From an uncultured Gemmatimonadales bacterium (GTDB lineage Bacteria; Gemmatimonadota; Gemmatimonadetes; Longimicrobiales; RSA9): a DNA stretch of 64,000 nucleotides. The stretch lies in the NCBI GenBank assembly GCA_963708135.1, contig OY970192.1:3584001-3648000 (forward strand). The letters are read 5' to 3'. The number at the start of each line of letters is the position of its first letter. Within the stretch, counting starts at the first letter, position 1. A program made the position numbers and the translations under genes. The notes beneath the pieces were generated by a model. It had not been told where the DNA came from, ran no database searches, and worked only from the letters and a program-made list of their open reading frames with translations. Below are positions 40,357-53,173 of this stretch, piece after piece.

Positions 40357-41564
40357 TCCCGCTCTCGCTGCTCCCGGCGCTCGCGGCCCTCGCCGGCACT
40401 CCGGCGCCGGCGCCGCCCCTGCCCGCCCTGCTCGTGGCCGGGACGGAGCTCGCGATCCGCTTTCCGTCCGCCCTGGCCGGCGGATCCGATCCGATCGGCG
40501 AGACGGTCGTCGTTCAGCTCATGGCGCCCGTCTCCGTGGACGGCTGCGCGGTGCTGCCCGCATTCAGCCGTGTCGCCGGGCGCGTAGCCCTCTCGCGCGG
40601 CGCCGGCCTGCTCCGCCGCGGCGGGGTGCTCGCGCTCCGATTCGACTCGCTCGAGACCGCGCCGGGCGCGTGGACCCCGATCGATGCGCGGCTCGACAGC
40701 CTCGAGTATGCGCCCCGGCACGAGCTCCGCGCGGGCGTCCTGCGCCCCGACGGCCGCTCCGTAGAGCACGCGCTCATGCCGGTGGCGCTGGCCGGCGGCG
40801 TCGATCTCGACCTGGTCCCCCTCGCCTTCATCGGCGCCTGGGAGCTCCTCGCGCGCGGCCCCGGCGCCGTCATCCTGGCGGGCGAGATCGGCCGCATCCG
40901 CCTCGAGGGGACGATCCCGCTGCCGCGCCCCCTCGAGTGCCGCCGCCCGGAAGCCTCGCCCGAGGCCGCACTTCCGGCGCTGCCACCGTTCCACCCCTTT
41001 ACCGCCAACCGCGACGGCACCGGCCGCGGCGACCCGATCAACCTCGTCCTCACCGGCACCGGCGCCGCCCTCGATTCCGCCTTCGCCCGCGCCGGCTGGA
41101 CGGCCGCCGAGCGACCCACCCCGGCGCGACTCGTCCGCGCCGTCACCGCCATCCTGGCCGCGCTCCCCACCGTCGACGATGCCCCCGTCAGCACGCAGTA
41201 CTTCGAGGGCCGGCCGCAGGAGCGGGCGTACGAGATCGCCGGCCCCAACGCCCGCATCCGGCACCACCTCCGGCTCTGGCGCCTCGAGCCGCGGCGCGAC
41301 GTCTGGGTCGCCGCCGCCAACAAGGACATCGGCATCCGCTTCAGCCCCTGGAAGGGTCACGCCACGCACCGGATCGACGGCCGCATCGACCGCGAGCGCG
41401 GCTACGTGACCGCCACCCTGGAAGCGGCGGGCTGCGCCGACCTCCTCGACTACGTCGCCCTTCCCGGCGCCCGCACGCACACCCGCAACACGGCTGGCCA
41501 GAGCATCTCCACCGACGGCCGGGCCGCCGTGCTTGCCGTCCACTCCTGCCATCGCGCGCCCTGA
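40353..41564 (+). CDS. LssY C-terminal-domain protein
   Basis: GDPINLV, APVS..YFEGRPQ, RHHLRLW, IDRER, TDG. Confidence 0.75.
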   Translation: MIPLSLLPALAALAGTPAPAPPLPALLVAGTELAIRFPSALAGGSDPIGETVVVQLMAPVSVDGCAVLPAFSRVAGRVALSRGAGLLRRGGVLALRFDSLETAPGAWTPIDARLDSLEYAPRHELRAGVLRPDGRSVEHALMPVALAGGVDLDLVPLAFIGAWELLARGPGAVILAGEIGRIRLEGTIPLPRPLECRRPEASPEAALPALPPFHPFTANRDGTGRGDPINLVLTGTGAALDSAFARAGWTAAERPTPARLVRAVTAILAALPTVDDAPVSTQYFEGRPQERAYEIAGPNARIRHHLRLWRLEPRRDVWVAAANKDIGIRFSPWKGHATHRIDGRIDRERGYVTATLEAAGCADLLDYVALPGARTHTRNTAGQSISTDGRAAVLAVHSCHRAP

Positions 41565-41672
41565 GCCGGTGGCGTCGGGCCCATGGCGAACCTTTCTGGC
41601 GCTCAGGTCGGATGGGAGCCAAATTTTCCGCAGGAGCCATTGTGGCAAGACTGCGGAGGGAGGGGCTGCACG

Positions 41673-42285
41673 GTGGATCCCGGAGGCGAATCAGCGGCGG
41701 CCGGGAGTGAGCCGGCCGGCGGAAGGAATGCGCGGGACGCCGGTGCGGGGGGCGGCACGACGGCCCCGGAGGGCGGCGTGCCGGAGGCCGCGGACGCCCG
41801 AGTGCGCGCGCTCTTCGACGAGATGCCGATCGGCCTGTACGCGGCGGGCCCCGACGGGCGGATCGTGGAGGCGAACGCGGCGCTGGTGGAGATCCTGGGA
41901 GCGGGAGACGAGGGGCTGCTGCGGGGGCTGGCGGTGGCGGATCTTCTGATCGGCGAGCGGGACCGGGAGCGCTGGCGGGAAGCGCTCGGGCGGGGGGCGG
42001 TGCGCGGCTTCGAGACGCGGATCACGCGCTCGGACGGGCAGCCGGTGTGGCTGCGAATCACGGTGCGGGCGGTGGGCGACGACGACGTGGCGTGGAGCGA
42101 CGGGGCGGTGGAGGACATCACCGAGCGGAAGCGGGCGGAGCTGGCGCTGCGGCGCAGCGAGGCCCACTTCCGGTCGCTGACCGAGAACTCGTCGGACCTC
42201 CTCTCGATCCACGATGCGGACGGCTTGAACCGCTACTTCAGCGGCGCGCTGGAGCGGGTGCTGGGCTACGCTGCGGGCACCCGGC
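41673..42285 (+). pseudogene. PAS-domain sensor, truncated within second PAS
   Basis: LFDEMPIG...VEDITERKRAE..LRRSEAHFRSLTEN then loss of similarity; no output domain. Confidence 0.7.
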
Positions 42286-42375
42286 TCAAGGCCGCTTGCG
42301 CTCGCGATTCTCCCACCCGCACAATCCCGGTGGTGCCGCATCCGCGCCGCCCATCCCGCACCCATGGGGTCCGTC

Positions 42376-44079
42376 ATGGAACCAAACCGATCGCCGAGCG
42401 GGCCGCGCGTGCGGATCCCGGCCACCGCCCGCAGGCCCCTGGCGGGCCTCGCGCTCGCGCTGCTCGCCCCGGCCGGCGCCCGCGCGCAGGATCCCCCGGC
42501 CGCGCGCGTCAACTCCGTCTTCTCCGCCTACGACCACACGAACACGCCCGGCTGCGCGCTCGGCGTGACCCGCGGCGGCCACCTCGTCTACGAACGTGGC
42601 TACGGCATGGCCAACCTCGAGTACGGCGTCCCGATCACGCCGCGCTCGCCGTTCCACGTGGCCTCGATCACGAAGCAGTTCACCGCCATGTCCATCGTGC
42701 TGCTCGCTCGTGAGGGGCGGCTTTCCCTGGACGACGACATCCGGAAGTACGTGCCCGAGGTCCCGGACTTCGGTGTCCCGATCACCCTGCGCGAGCTGCT
42801 GCACCACACGAGCGGGATCCGCGACCAGTGGGAGCTGCTGGACTGGGCCGGCTGGCGCGACGACGATCCGATCACCACGAAGGATATCCTCGACATCACC
42901 GCGCGTCAGAAGGCGCTGAACTTCCCGCCCGGCGATCAGTACCTCTACAGCAACACCGGCTTCACGCTGCTCGCGGAGGTCGTCCGCCGCGTCTCCGGGC
43001 AGTCGCTCCGCGACTTCACGGCCAAGCACATCTTCACGCCCCTCGGCATGCGCGACACACAGGTCCACGACGACCACACCGCGCTCATCCCCGGGCGCAC
43101 CTCCGCCTACGTCCTGCGTGACGGCGGCGGCTACGCGGTGAGCATTCCGGTCTTCGACAACGCGGGCGCCACCAGCCTCTTCACGACCGTCGAGGACCTG
43201 GCCCGCTGGGACGAGGACGCCTACACGCACGTGGTCGGCGGAGAGGACGGCTGGGCCATGATGCGGCAGCGCTTCGTGCTGAACGACGGCGACACCATCC
43301 CCTACGCGCTCGCCCTCCTCCACGGCCGCTACCGCGGCCTGGCCACCATCGGCCACGACGGCGCCGATGCCGGTTATCGCGCGAGCCTGCTCCGCTTCCC
43401 CGCCCAGCACGCGTCCGTGATCGTCCTCTGCAACTACGGCCCGAGCGACCCCGGCGCCCTCGCCCATCGCGTGGCGGACCTGTACCTCGCCCGCGACTTC
43501 ACCGAGCCGCCCCCGCCGCGAGCGGCCACCGGCGCACCGCCGAGCGTACCCGCGAGGGACGCCGCCCGCTTCGCGGGCACGTACGAGTCGGCCGTCACCA
43601 ATGGCGTGCTCCGCGTGGAGCCGCGGGACGGCGGCCTCGTCGTTGCGCGGGGCCCGTACGTGCTGCCGCTCACTCCGCTCGGCGAGGGGCGCTTCCGCGT
43701 GGCGCTCCTCGGGCAGCAGGTCCGGTTCGTGGCCGCGCCCGGACAGCCCGCCTCCAGCCTCGAGCAGGGTGGCGGCCGGCACCCGGCGGTCTACCGGCGC
43801 GTGCGGCCCGCCACGCCGTCCGCCGCCACGCTCGCGGGGCTCGCGGGGCTCTACGCGAGCGAGGAGCTCGACGCGGAGTATCGCATCGCGGTGGCCGGAG
43901 ACAGCCTCGTGCTCCGCCGGCGGAAGGCCGACGACGCGACGCTCCGGCCGGTGGACGACACGACCTTCACGGCCGGGCTGCGCACCATCCACTTCGAGCG
44001 CGACGGCGCGGGCCACGTGACCGGCTTGCGCATGAGCGGGACCCGCGTGCGCCGGGTCCGGTTCCGCCGCGAACGCTGA
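42376..44079 (+). CDS. Serine hydrolase, beta-lactamase/AmpC-like family
   Basis: SITK, LLHHTSG, YSN, HDG. Confidence 0.93.
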   Translation: MEPNRSPSGPRVRIPATARRPLAGLALALLAPAGARAQDPPAARVNSVFSAYDHTNTPGCALGVTRGGHLVYERGYGMANLEYGVPITPRSPFHVASITKQFTAMSIVLLAREGRLSLDDDIRKYVPEVPDFGVPITLRELLHHTSGIRDQWELLDWAGWRDDDPITTKDILDITARQKALNFPPGDQYLYSNTGFTLLAEVVRRVSGQSLRDFTAKHIFTPLGMRDTQVHDDHTALIPGRTSAYVLRDGGGYAVSIPVFDNAGATSLFTTVEDLARWDEDAYTHVVGGEDGWAMMRQRFVLNDGDTIPYALALLHGRYRGLATIGHDGADAGYRASLLRFPAQHASVIVLCNYGPSDPGALAHRVADLYLARDFTEPPPPRAATGAPPSVPARDAARFAGTYESAVTNGVLRVEPRDGGLVVARGPYVLPLTPLGEGRFRVALLGQQVRFVAAPGQPASSLEQGGGRHPAVYRRVRPATPSAATLAGLAGLYASEELDAEYRIAVAGDSLVLRRRKADDATLRPVDDTTFTAGLRTIHFERDGAGHVTGLRMSGTRVRRVRFRRER

Positions 44080-44105
44080 CGGTTCCGCGGCGGAGGAGGG
44101 AGAGA

Positions 44106-46169
<2,064 letters not shown>

Positions 46170-46205
46170 CGGAGGGCATGGCATGGGACACAAGGGGCGG
46201 ACCCC

Positions 46206-46820
46206 ATGAGGTCGGCGGCGCTGCCGGTGCGCACCGGCGCGCGCGCGGGGTCGCGGCTGCCCTCGCTCGCCCGCACGGATGGCGACGTGGCCGCGACGGA
46301 GCTCGTCGTGCTCTCCCTGCTCGGCGCCGCCGCCGGCTGCCTGGCCGCACTCGTCAAGCTGCACCTGCGCGTGCCGGGCCACCAGATCATCTTCTCCGTC
46401 TTCCCCATGGCCCTCGGCGTCGCACTCGTCCCCCGCCGCGCCGCCGGCACCATCATGGGCGCATCCGCCCTCGTGGCCGCGCTGGCCCTGCGCGGCGCAG
46501 GCCTCGGCGAGATGGGCGGCGGGGCCTGGGCCAGCCTGCTCGCCGCCGGGCCGCTCCTCGACCTCGCGCTCGCCGGCGCACGCGGCGGCCTGCGCCTCTA
46601 CGCCGCCTTCATCCTGGCCGGCCTCGGCGCCAACCTCCTCGCCCTCGCCGTGCGCGCTGCCCTCAAGCTCTCCGCCGGCGCCGCCGGGCCGGAGTGGGCC
46701 CGCTGGTGGCCCCGCGCCGGCGCCACCTACCTGGTCAGCGGCCTGCTCGCCGGGCTCCTCAGCGCCGCCGCCTGGTTCCATTTCCGCGACCGGCCGGGCG
46801 CGCCGGGCGTGGCGCCGTGA
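46206..46820 (+). CDS. Integral membrane protein, ECF-transporter S-component-like size and topology
   Basis: About 5-6 TM helices, LHLRVPGH motif. Confidence 0.7.
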   Translation: MRSAALPVRTGARAGSRLPSLARTDGDVAATELVVLSLLGAAAGCLAALVKLHLRVPGHQIIFSVFPMALGVALVPRRAAGTIMGASALVAALALRGAGLGEMGGGAWASLLAAGPLLDLALAGARGGLRLYAAFILAGLGANLLALAVRAALKLSAGAAGPEWARWWPRAGATYLVSGLLAGLLSAAAWFHFRDRPGAPGVAP

Positions 46821-47524
46821 TCCTCGTCGGCATCGACGACACCGACATCGAGGGCACCGAGGGCACCAACCAGATCGCGCGCCGCATCGCCCGCCGCCTC
46901 CCGCCCGGCTGCGTGGCCCGGGCCATCCTCCGCCACCAGCTCCTCTTCGATCCACGCGTCCCCTACACCACCGGAAACGGCTCCGCTTCCCTCCTCGTCG
47001 AGGCACCGGAAGCGGTCGCGGACGAGGTGGCCCGCGCCGCTCGCGCCGTCCTGCGGGGCCGCTTCGTCGCCGGCAGCGATCCCGGCCTGTGCGTGGCCCC
47101 GGCCGACGCGGTGCCGGTCGAGATCACGGCCTTCGGCCGCCTCTGCCAGTCGTCCCTCACCTCCGCAGCGGAGGCCTTCGCGCTCGCCGAGAGCGCGGGG
47201 CTGCCGCTCGAGGCGCTCGGCGGGTCGGGCGACGGCGTCATCGGCGCCCTCGCCGCCGTCGGCCTCCTTGCCGCCGGCGACGACGGCCGCGTGGTCGAGC
47301 TCGCCGGCTGGCCGTGGCCGGATCCGCTCGCGGGACGCCAGCCGCTCGCCGCCATCCACCGCCGCGGCGTGGCCGACGTGCGCGAGCGCGAGACCGACAC
47401 CCCCATCCGGGACGGCACGGTGGACGTCGGCAAGCACCTCCGCCCCGCCTGGCGCGGCGGCCGCCCCATCCTCTACGTCGAGCCCGCCGGCCCCGGCGCC
47501 TGGCGGGCCATGAAGCTGCCCTGA
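46817..47524 (+). CDS. TiaS N-terminal-domain-like protein (GIDDTD)
   Basis: ILVGIDDTD, RHQL..DPRVPYTTGNGSA, SDPGLC, GDGVIGALAAVG; GTGA overlap with the upstream gene. Confidence 0.8.
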   Translation: MILVGIDDTDIEGTEGTNQIARRIARRLPPGCVARAILRHQLLFDPRVPYTTGNGSASLLVEAPEAVADEVARAARAVLRGRFVAGSDPGLCVAPADAVPVEITAFGRLCQSSLTSAAEAFALAESAGLPLEALGGSGDGVIGALAAVGLLAAGDDGRVVELAGWPWPDPLAGRQPLAAIHRRGVADVRERETDTPIRDGTVDVGKHLRPAWRGGRPILYVEPAGPGAWRAMKLP

Positions 47525-47686
47525 GCGCTCTCCTCCCGTAGACTGGACCGTGGTCGCCGCGGCCGCCCGGTCGGCGGGGGTCCGGCGGCGCCGGAGCGAG
47601 TCCGGGCCGTCGCCGAATGCCCCGAACTGCCCCCCGGCCATGGTGCATAAACTATTGAGTCTCAACGTGTTATGTATAGCCGGCGG

Positions 47687-47702
47687 CGGCCCGATGGTTG
47701 CA
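47687..47702 (+). promoter_or_regulatory. Possible sigma-54 promoter with upstream AT-rich IHF-like site
   Basis: CGGCCCGATGGTTGCA; TCTCAACGTGTTA at about 47660-47672. Confidence 0.5.
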
Positions 47703-47747
47703 GTAGAGGAGAGCGTGAACCCGCGTTGACCCCTGCGGAGGAGGACC

Positions 47748-49481
47748 GTGCAGCCGCGTGACCGACGAGAAGATAGCGCCCGGCCGGGCCGCGCCCGCGC
47801 CGGAATGGCCCTGATGCTTGCGCTCGTCGCGGCGCTCGGCGTGTCGGCGTGCGGCGGACGGAGCGCGGACGGCCGCGCGGGCGGCCAGACGGCCGCCGCG
47901 CCGCGGCGGACGGCGATGGAGTGGGTGCGCGGGCTTCTGGCGGCGGTGCCGCGGGACTCGGTGATCGAGGTCTCGCCGGCGGACACGCTGCACGTGAGCG
48001 CGGCCACGACGCACTTCTACCGGTGGCGGCTGTACAGGGCCGCGTGGACGGACGGGGAGCGGGTGCTGCCGGAGGGACGCGAGATGCTGGCGGCGATCGG
48101 CCGGGCGGGGGAGGACGGGCTGGATCCGCGCCACTACGGCTACACCGTGGCGCACGCGATCGAGGTGCGGCTGGACTCGGCGGACCTGTCGGACGACGCG
48201 CGTGCGCAGCTGCTGGGCTCGCTGGACGTGGTGCTGACGGAGGGCTTCAGCCGCTATGCGCGCGACCTGCTGCACGGCACGTTGGCCCCGGAGAAGACGG
48301 GGCTGGACTGGCGCATCCCGCACGACACGACGAGCGAGGAGAACGCGCTGAAGGATGTGCGGAACGGGATCTCGCCGGACAGCGTGGTGCGCCGGCTGCG
48401 GCCGCAGGTGCCGTACTACGGTCGTCTGATGGGTGCGCTTGCGCGCTACCGGGCGGTGGCGGCGCGGGGCGGCTGGCCGTCGGTTCCGGCATCGGAATCG
48501 AAGCTCCTGCCGGGGACGGATGGCGGCGCGGTGGTGGTCGCGCTGCGGCGGCGGCTCACCGCGGGCGATGACCCGGCCGAGGCGCACCTCGCCGGGGTGG
48601 GCGCGGCGCGGCCATCGGTGTTCGACGACTCGCTCGAGGCGGCGCTGGCGCACTTCCAGCGGCGCAACGGGATCATGGACGACGGCGTGCTGGGGCCGCA
48701 CACGCTGGAGGAGCTGAACCACACGGTGCAGGAGCGGATTGCCGACCTGTCGCTGAACCTGGACCGTTGGCGCTGGCTGCCGCGCGAGTTGGGGAGCCGG
48801 TACGTGCTGGTGAACGTGGCGGGGTTCGAGCTGGAGGCCATCGAGGGCGGGCGGCCCGTGCTGTCGATGAACGTGGTGGTCGGCAAGGAGGGGTGGCATA
48901 CGCCGATCTTCGCCGACACGATCAGGGACGTGATCGCGAACCCGTACTGGAACGTGCCGGAATCGATCGTGAAGGAGGAAGTGCTGCCCGGGATCCGGGA
49001 GGACCCCGGCTACCTGGCGCGCCACCACTTCGAGGTGCTCAGGGGCGACCACGTGGTGAGCCCGTCGGCCGTGGACCTCTCCAACACCGGCGCGTACCAG
49101 GTCCGGCAGCGGCCGGGCGCGGAGAACGCGCTGGGGAGCCTGAAGTTCGTGTTCCCGAACCGCTTCAACATCTACCTGCACGGCACGCCCGCGCAGCACC
49201 TGTTCTCGGAGACCGAGCGCGCGTTCAGCCACGGCTGCATCCGGCTCGAGAAGCCGCGCGAGCTGGCCGACCTCCTGCTCGCGAACGGATCCAATGTCTC
49301 GCCGGACAGCCTGGAGACGCTGCTCGCCTCGGGCGACAACCACTGGATCCGGCTGCGGCCCGGCGTGCCCGTCTACATCCTGTACTTCACCGCCTGGGTG
49401 GACCCGGACGGCACCACGCGCTTCCTCCACGACGTCTACGGCCGCGACGCCAGGCTGCGGCAGATGGCGCTGGCGGGCTGA
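47748..49481 (+). CDS. L,D-transpeptidase (YcbB/LdtD-like) with PG-binding domain
   Basis: FQRRNG..DDG, NPYWNVP, IYLHGTP, SHGCIRL. Confidence 0.95.
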   Translation: MQPRDRREDSARPGRARAGMALMLALVAALGVSACGGRSADGRAGGQTAAAPRRTAMEWVRGLLAAVPRDSVIEVSPADTLHVSAATTHFYRWRLYRAAWTDGERVLPEGREMLAAIGRAGEDGLDPRHYGYTVAHAIEVRLDSADLSDDARAQLLGSLDVVLTEGFSRYARDLLHGTLAPEKTGLDWRIPHDTTSEENALKDVRNGISPDSVVRRLRPQVPYYGRLMGALARYRAVAARGGWPSVPASESKLLPGTDGGAVVVALRRRLTAGDDPAEAHLAGVGAARPSVFDDSLEAALAHFQRRNGIMDDGVLGPHTLEELNHTVQERIADLSLNLDRWRWLPRELGSRYVLVNVAGFELEAIEGGRPVLSMNVVVGKEGWHTPIFADTIRDVIANPYWNVPESIVKEEVLPGIREDPGYLARHHFEVLRGDHVVSPSAVDLSNTGAYQVRQRPGAENALGSLKFVFPNRFNIYLHGTPAQHLFSETERAFSHGCIRLEKPRELADLLLANGSNVSPDSLETLLASGDNHWIRLRPGVPVYILYFTAWVDPDGTTRFLHDVYGRDARLRQMALAG

Positions 49482-49590
49482 GGCGCGGACCGGTCCAGCC
49501 GGCGGCCCGCTCGCCGCTCCTCCATGCAGCGTACGGAACCAACCGGGCTCCGGGCGGGTTCGACTGTCGAACCCGACCCGGAGGTGCGTC

Positions 49591-50139
49591 GTGGACCGCA
49601 AGAGCTTCCTCAAGGGATTCCTCGGGCTGGCCGCCATCCCCGCCGCCAGGCTCGTCTGGCCGCTCGGCCACGGCGCCGGCGCGCAGGAGGCCGTGCCCGC
49701 CGGCGCGACGGGCGGCCCGGGCATCCGGCCGCTGCACAAGTCGAAAGCGGAGTGGCGGAAGCTGCTCCCCGGCGCCGCCTTCGCCGTGCTCTTCGAGGAG
49801 GCGACGGAACGGCCGTTCTCCAGCCCGCTGAACGACCAGCACGACGCGGGCATCTTCATCTGCGCCGCCTGCTTCCTGCCGCTCTTCGACTCCTCCCGGA
49901 AGTTCGACAGCGGCACCGGCTGGCCGAGCTTCTGGGCGCCGATGGAGGGGCGGCTCGGCACCAAGCAGGACTTCAAGCTCGTGGTCCCGCGCACCGAGTA
50001 CCATTGCGTCCGCTGCGGCGGCCACCAGGGGCACGTCTTCCGCGACGGCCCCCGCCCGACCGGGCTGCGCTACTGCAACAACGGCCTCGCCCTCCACTTC
50101 GTTCCCCACGGACAGCCGCTCCCGGCGCTCAGGACCTGA
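49591..50139 (+). CDS. msrB: Peptide-methionine (R)-S-oxide reductase with Tat-like signal
   Basis: TERPF, CAAC, KFDSGTGWPSF, GHVF.DGP, RYCNN. Confidence 0.95.
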   Translation: MDRKSFLKGFLGLAAIPAARLVWPLGHGAGAQEAVPAGATGGPGIRPLHKSKAEWRKLLPGAAFAVLFEEATERPFSSPLNDQHDAGIFICAACFLPLFDSSRKFDSGTGWPSFWAPMEGRLGTKQDFKLVVPRTEYHCVRCGGHQGHVFRDGPRPTGLRYCNNGLALHFVPHGQPLPALRT

Positions 50140-50228
50140 GCAGGCGACGCCGCCCCCGGAGGGCCGCTCGCGCCCTCCCTGCTCCGAACCCGGCGCCGGC
50201 CGCGGGCCCGGCACGATAGATTGCGGCC

Positions 50229-50972
50229 ATGGACGAGCCGCGCATCGACAGGTTCCGGGCCGCCCGCCGCGACCCCGCGAGCGCCGTGCTCGAGGGCTTC
50301 CACCCGCTCAAGCACGCGCTCCGCTTCGAGGCCAATGTCCTGGAGATCGTGACGGCCGACCCCGACCGGCTCGAGGCGCTCGCCCGCATGCTCGCGCCGG
50401 ACGTCCTGCCCCGCCTCCACCACGCCACGGTCGTCCCGCCGGACGTCTTCGCCCGCCTCTCGCCCACCCCGCTCCGCGAGCCGGTGATCGCGCTCGCGCG
50501 ACGTCCCCCGAGCGATCCCGCCGCCGCGCTCGCCTCCTCCGGGGCCGCCCCCGTGGTGCTGCTCGAGCGCCCGCGCCACCTCGGCAACGTGGGCGCCGTT
50601 GTGCGCGTCGCGGCCGCGGCCGGAGCCGCCGCCGTGCTGACCACCGGCGAACACGATCCCTGGCACCCGCAGGCGCTGCGCGGCGCCGCCGGCCTCCACT
50701 TCGCGCTCACCGTCGGCCGCATCGAGGCCATGCCGCCGCACACCCGCCCGCTCGTGGCCCTCGACCCCGAGGGCGAGCCGTTGCGCCCCGGCCTCATCCC
50801 CGCCCGCGCGCTCCTGGCCTTCGGCTCCGAGCGGCACGGCCTCGGCGACGCCCTGCGCTCCGCCGCCGCCCTGCGCGTCGCGATCCCGATGCGCCCCCGC
50901 GTCTCCAGCCTCAGCCTCGCCACCGCCGTCGCCATCGCGCTCTACACGCCGCCGGCCCCGGACCCACGCTGA
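50229..50972 (+). CDS. TrmH/SpoU-family RNA methyltransferase
   Basis: GNVGAVVR, FGSERHGL, IPM..VSSLSLA. Confidence 0.9.
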   Translation: MDEPRIDRFRAARRDPASAVLEGFHPLKHALRFEANVLEIVTADPDRLEALARMLAPDVLPRLHHATVVPPDVFARLSPTPLREPVIALARRPPSDPAAALASSGAAPVVLLERPRHLGNVGAVVRVAAAAGAAAVLTTGEHDPWHPQALRGAAGLHFALTVGRIEAMPPHTRPLVALDPEGEPLRPGLIPARALLAFGSERHGLGDALRSAAALRVAIPMRPRVSSLSLATAVAIALYTPPAPDPR

Positions 50973-51121
50973 GCCCGGCGCCTCGGTCGGTGCGCCACAC
51001 GCAGCGCGTATCCGGCATCCCGTCCGCACTTGCGGAACCCACCCCCCTCCCCGAGAGTATTGCTCCCCCGCCGCCCGCCCACCGCGGAGCGGCGGCCTTC
51101 TCCACCGTACGGGACGCGCCG

Positions 51122-52132
51122 ATGATCGCAGTCGATGTGGGCAGGGTGTTCTCCCGGGCCTCGCTGGAGCTGCCCGGGTTCCTCTCGTCATACGCGATGT
51201 ACGGAGCGATCGGGTTTCGCTATGCGGTGCTGCCGGCGCTGGGGACGCGCGTGGTGGAGTCGCGCGCGCTGGTGCGGGAGCGGGCGGCGAAGCGGGCGGC
51301 GATCATCGGCGCGATCGGCGCGATCGTCGCCTTCGGCTTCACCGGCCGCACGATTGCCGGCGCGGCGGCCCGGATGCACCTGGGCTTCTGGCCGGCCATC
51401 GGCTCGAACGGGATGCTGCTCGCCATGGCGATCCTCGCGACCGCCTCTCTGGTCGGGTTCCTGCTGGCCGTGCGCGCGCCGGGGATCGGCTGGCCGCTCG
51501 CCGCCCTCGCGACCATCGCGCTGGCGCTCAGGAACCTGGCGCTCGGGCGCTTCCGCGGGCTCATCAACCCCGTCCACGTGCTGGCGGGCGGGCTCTGGCT
51601 GGGGACGCTCTTCGTGGTGCTGACCGCGGGGCTCACGGTCGCGCTGCGGCGCGACGTGCCGCGCGAGGTGGGGGGCAGCGCCGCGGCCGAGATGATCCAC
51701 GCCTTCTCGCCGCTCGCGCTGGTCGCCGCAACCTGCCTGGCGCTGTCCGGCCTGCTCACGGCCTACAACCACATCGGCCACTGGGTGGACCTCTGGACCA
51801 CCGCCTACGGCATCACGCTGCTCGTCAAGCTGGCGGTCGTGGCCACGGTGGTCGTCCTCGGCGCCTGGAACTGGCGGCGCATGCGCCCCGCGCTCGGCGC
51901 CCCGGGGGCCGCTCACGCGCTGCGGCGGACGGCCACCACGGAGCTGTGCGTCGCGCTGCTGGTCCTGATCGTGACCTCGGTGCTGGTCAGCCTGCCCGCC
52001 CCGCGCGAGATCGAGGAGCGGGCCCGGCGGGCACAGGAGCGGCCCGGCGTCCAGAACGTGCAGCCCGCGGCCGAGGGCGCGGCGGCGCCCGGCGCGGCGA
52101 CGGCTCGGCCGGCCCCGGGCACGCCTCGCTGA
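51122..52132 (+). CDS. CopD-family membrane protein
   Basis: HVLAGGLWLG, FS.LA, TAYG..LLVKL, E in last TM. Confidence 0.85.
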   Translation: MIAVDVGRVFSRASLELPGFLSSYAMYGAIGFRYAVLPALGTRVVESRALVRERAAKRAAIIGAIGAIVAFGFTGRTIAGAAARMHLGFWPAIGSNGMLLAMAILATASLVGFLLAVRAPGIGWPLAALATIALALRNLALGRFRGLINPVHVLAGGLWLGTLFVVLTAGLTVALRRDVPREVGGSAAAEMIHAFSPLALVAATCLALSGLLTAYNHIGHWVDLWTTAYGITLLVKLAVVATVVVLGAWNWRRMRPALGAPGAAHALRRTATTELCVALLVLIVTSVLVSLPAPREIEERARRAQERPGVQNVQPAAEGAAAPGAATARPAPGTPR

Positions 52133-52225
52133 GCGGCCTCAGGCGGTGGCGCCGGCGGCCGGGCGGACGCAGCGCTTGATGCTCGTGTCTCCGCGCACGC
52201 TGGGCGGACATCAGCGTGCGCTGGT

Positions 52226-53173
52226 TCAGAAGGGCGGTATCTCCCCGCCGTGCTCGCCCCGGCCCTGGGGCTCGACGAACACCCGTGTCACGTGCGGGTC
52301 GGCGTCGCGGAGCCGCCGCTCCAGCCGGTTGATCGCGTCGGCCGCGTCCTCCACCGTCGCGCCGCTGCGGAAGCGGACCTCGAGATTGAGGAGCACCTCG
52401 TCCGGGCTCAGCTGCAGCGTCAGGATCCGGCCGATCCCGGCGGTGATCCCATCCTCGGAGGTGATCTGCCGGATGCGCTCGACCAGCCGCGGATCGGCGC
52501 GCTCGCCGATCAAAAGGCCACGCGTCTCCCACGAGAGCCAGACCGCCACGACCGCCAGGATCCCGCCGATCACGATGGACAATGCCGCATCGATCCACGG
52601 CGCATCGAGACGGTGCGAGAGGTAGACGCCCAGGAAAGCGACGAGCAGCCCCACGAGCGCCGCCGTGTCCTCGCCGAGCGGGATGTAGAGGCTGGGGTCC
52701 TTGCTCCGGCGGAGCGCCTCGCGGAACGGCAGGTCCTCCTGCTTCTGCGCGAGGAACCGGCGCAGCCCGACCACCCAGGAGGCGCCCTCGGCGAGCGCCG
52801 CCACGCCGAGGACGACGTAGTTCCACGTCGGGTCCTCCAGCTTGCCGCGCCCGGCGAGGATGTGGTGGACGCCCTCGTAGATCGACAGGCCGCCGCCGAT
52901 CGCGAAGAGGACCATGGCCACGATCAGCGCCCAGAAGTAGACCTCCTGCCCGTAGCCGAACGGATGCTCCGCGTCCGGCGGCCGGTCGCCGCGCTTCTCG
53001 CCGAGCAGCAGCAACGCCTCGTTGCCCGTGTCCGCCAGCGAGTGGATCCCCTCCGCCAGCAGCGCCGAGCTGCCGGTCGCCGCCGCCGCCCCGAACTTCG
53101 CCACCATGATCACGAAATTCGCCGTCATCGCCGCGTACACGACCACGCGGTTGCCGCTCGAGCGCTCGGCCAC
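52226..53173 (-). CDS. Cation diffusion facilitator
   Basis: AEGIHSLADTGN, HPFGYG.E.YFW, EDTAA. Confidence 0.93.
   Translation of the reverse strand: MAERSSGNRVVVYAAMTANFVIMVAKFGAAAATGSSALLAEGIHSLADTGNEALLLLGEKRGDRPPDAEHPFGYGQEVYFWALIVAMVLFAIGGGLSIYEGVHHILAGRGKLEDPTWNYVVLGVAALAEGASWVVGLRRFLAQKQEDLPFREALRRSKDPSLYIPLGEDTAALVGLLVAFLGVYLSHRLDAPWIDAALSIVIGGILAVVAVWLSWETRGLLIGERADPRLVERIRQITSEDGITAGIGRILTLQLSPDEVLLNLEVRFRSGATVEDAADAINRLERRLRDADPHVTRVFVEPQGRGEHGGEIPPF

Noticed and set aside
46817..47524. Bona fide tiaS
   Set aside because: Too short and lacks the OB-fold and Zn-ribbon regions; no gene symbol assigned
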